A stretch of DNA of 64,000 nt from Caenispirillum bisanense (GTDB taxonomy: Bacteria; Pseudomonadota; Alphaproteobacteria; Rhodospirillales; UBA2165): assembly GCA_945877815.1 (NCBI GenBank), contig CAMDWJ010000020.1, positions 467 through 64,466 on the forward strand, given 5' to 3'. The notes beneath the pieces were generated by a model. The model saw only the letters and a program-made list of their open reading frames with translations. It was not told where the DNA came from and did not search any database. Each line of letters opens with the position of its first letter. Position 1 is the first letter of the stretch. The position numbers and the translations under genes were made by a program. Of the stretch, positions 63,711-64,000 are shown piece by piece.

Positions 63711-64000
63711 CTATTTCCCGGCCCAGGCCTTGAAGAGTTCGTTGACCGCTTTGATCTCTTCGTCGCCTTGTTGCGTCGCGACCCAAACATATTGTTCGGG
63801 ATTCGCGAAGTCCGGCAGATATTGTTCATGTCCCGATGCGGGCGCCACATCCTTGCGCGTGCTCACGGCGCCACTACTGTTGGCCTTCGGCCACTCGCGC
63901 ACCAGTAGTTCCTGTCCTTCCTTCGACAGGAGCCAATTGACGAAAATCTTGGTCGCGTCAGGGTTCGGCGCATTCTTGAACACCGCGAGCCCACGCGACG
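63711..64000 (-). CDS. ABC-transporter periplasmic substrate-binding protein, C-terminal fragment (5' end beyond nt 64000)
   Basis: The frame stays open to the window edge (…SRGLAVFKNAPNPDATKIFVNWLLSKEGQELLVREWPKANSS…). …AP.P.AAK.F.NWLLSKEGQ… is typical of family-1 solute-binding proteins (iron(III)/polyamine type). Confidence 0.75.
   Translation of the reverse strand, partial: SRGLAVFKNAPNPDATKIFVNWLLSKEGQELLVREWPKANSSGAVSTRKDVAPASGHEQYLPDFANPEQYVWVATQQGDEEIKAVNELFKAWAGK

Overview
GC-rich (about 60-65% by eye), densely coding chromosomal segment. Gene content points to an alphaproteobacterium: PhaR-regulated PHA genes, an Hsp20-DUF1150 pair, IalB, CbpA/CbpM, DUF1674, and palindromic intergenic elements of the kind common in that class. 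I support about 70 protein-coding genes on both strands. I could not recognise any rRNA, tRNA, CRISPR array, IS element, transposase or integrase. Left to right: a truncated low-GC MCP-like gene and HU; a TRAP transporter (dctPQM); a tripartite-tricarboxylate-type system (TctC-like receptor facing a fused TctA-TctB permease); a complete PHA module (phaB-phaC-orf79, phaP, phaR-phaJ-phaA) with TTTTGC-N3-GCAAAA operator-like palindromes; a kinase/P-loop gene broken by an in-frame TAG; an orphan divergent flagellin-like gene; hsp20-DUF1150; ftsK; LPS-type glycosyltransferases; thrS-infC. An ~8.8 kb block then separates infC from rpmI-rplT-pheS-pheT. It carries tandem EEP-family paralogs (one degenerate), a MetE-like gene, an MFS gene, an OmpR/HK pair, a periplasmic 4x EF-hand protein, a YedZ-like protein, PepSY and DUF4345. 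After pheT come argG, rlmN, an orphan DpgC-like crotonase-fold protein, IalB, a SpoU methyltransferase, a three-module adenylate/guanylate cyclase (His-rich polytopic membrane domain + 2Fe-2S ferredoxin + class III cyclase), htpX, DUF1674 (missed by the ORF track), a frameshifted EamA gene, a 260-bp AT-rich island with phased 10-bp repeats, a secreted thermonuclease, cbpA-cbpM, acs, and a gpsA-EVE-Rieske-Rieske operon. Most of the window is ordinary housekeeping. The candidates most worth follow-up are the redox-type cyclase, the active/degenerate EEP pair embedded behind infC, the Ca/redox envelope module, the orphan DpgC-like and flagellin-like genes, the three gene lesions, and the AT-rich repeat island. 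All family calls rest on reading motifs in the translations by eye. No database search was run.
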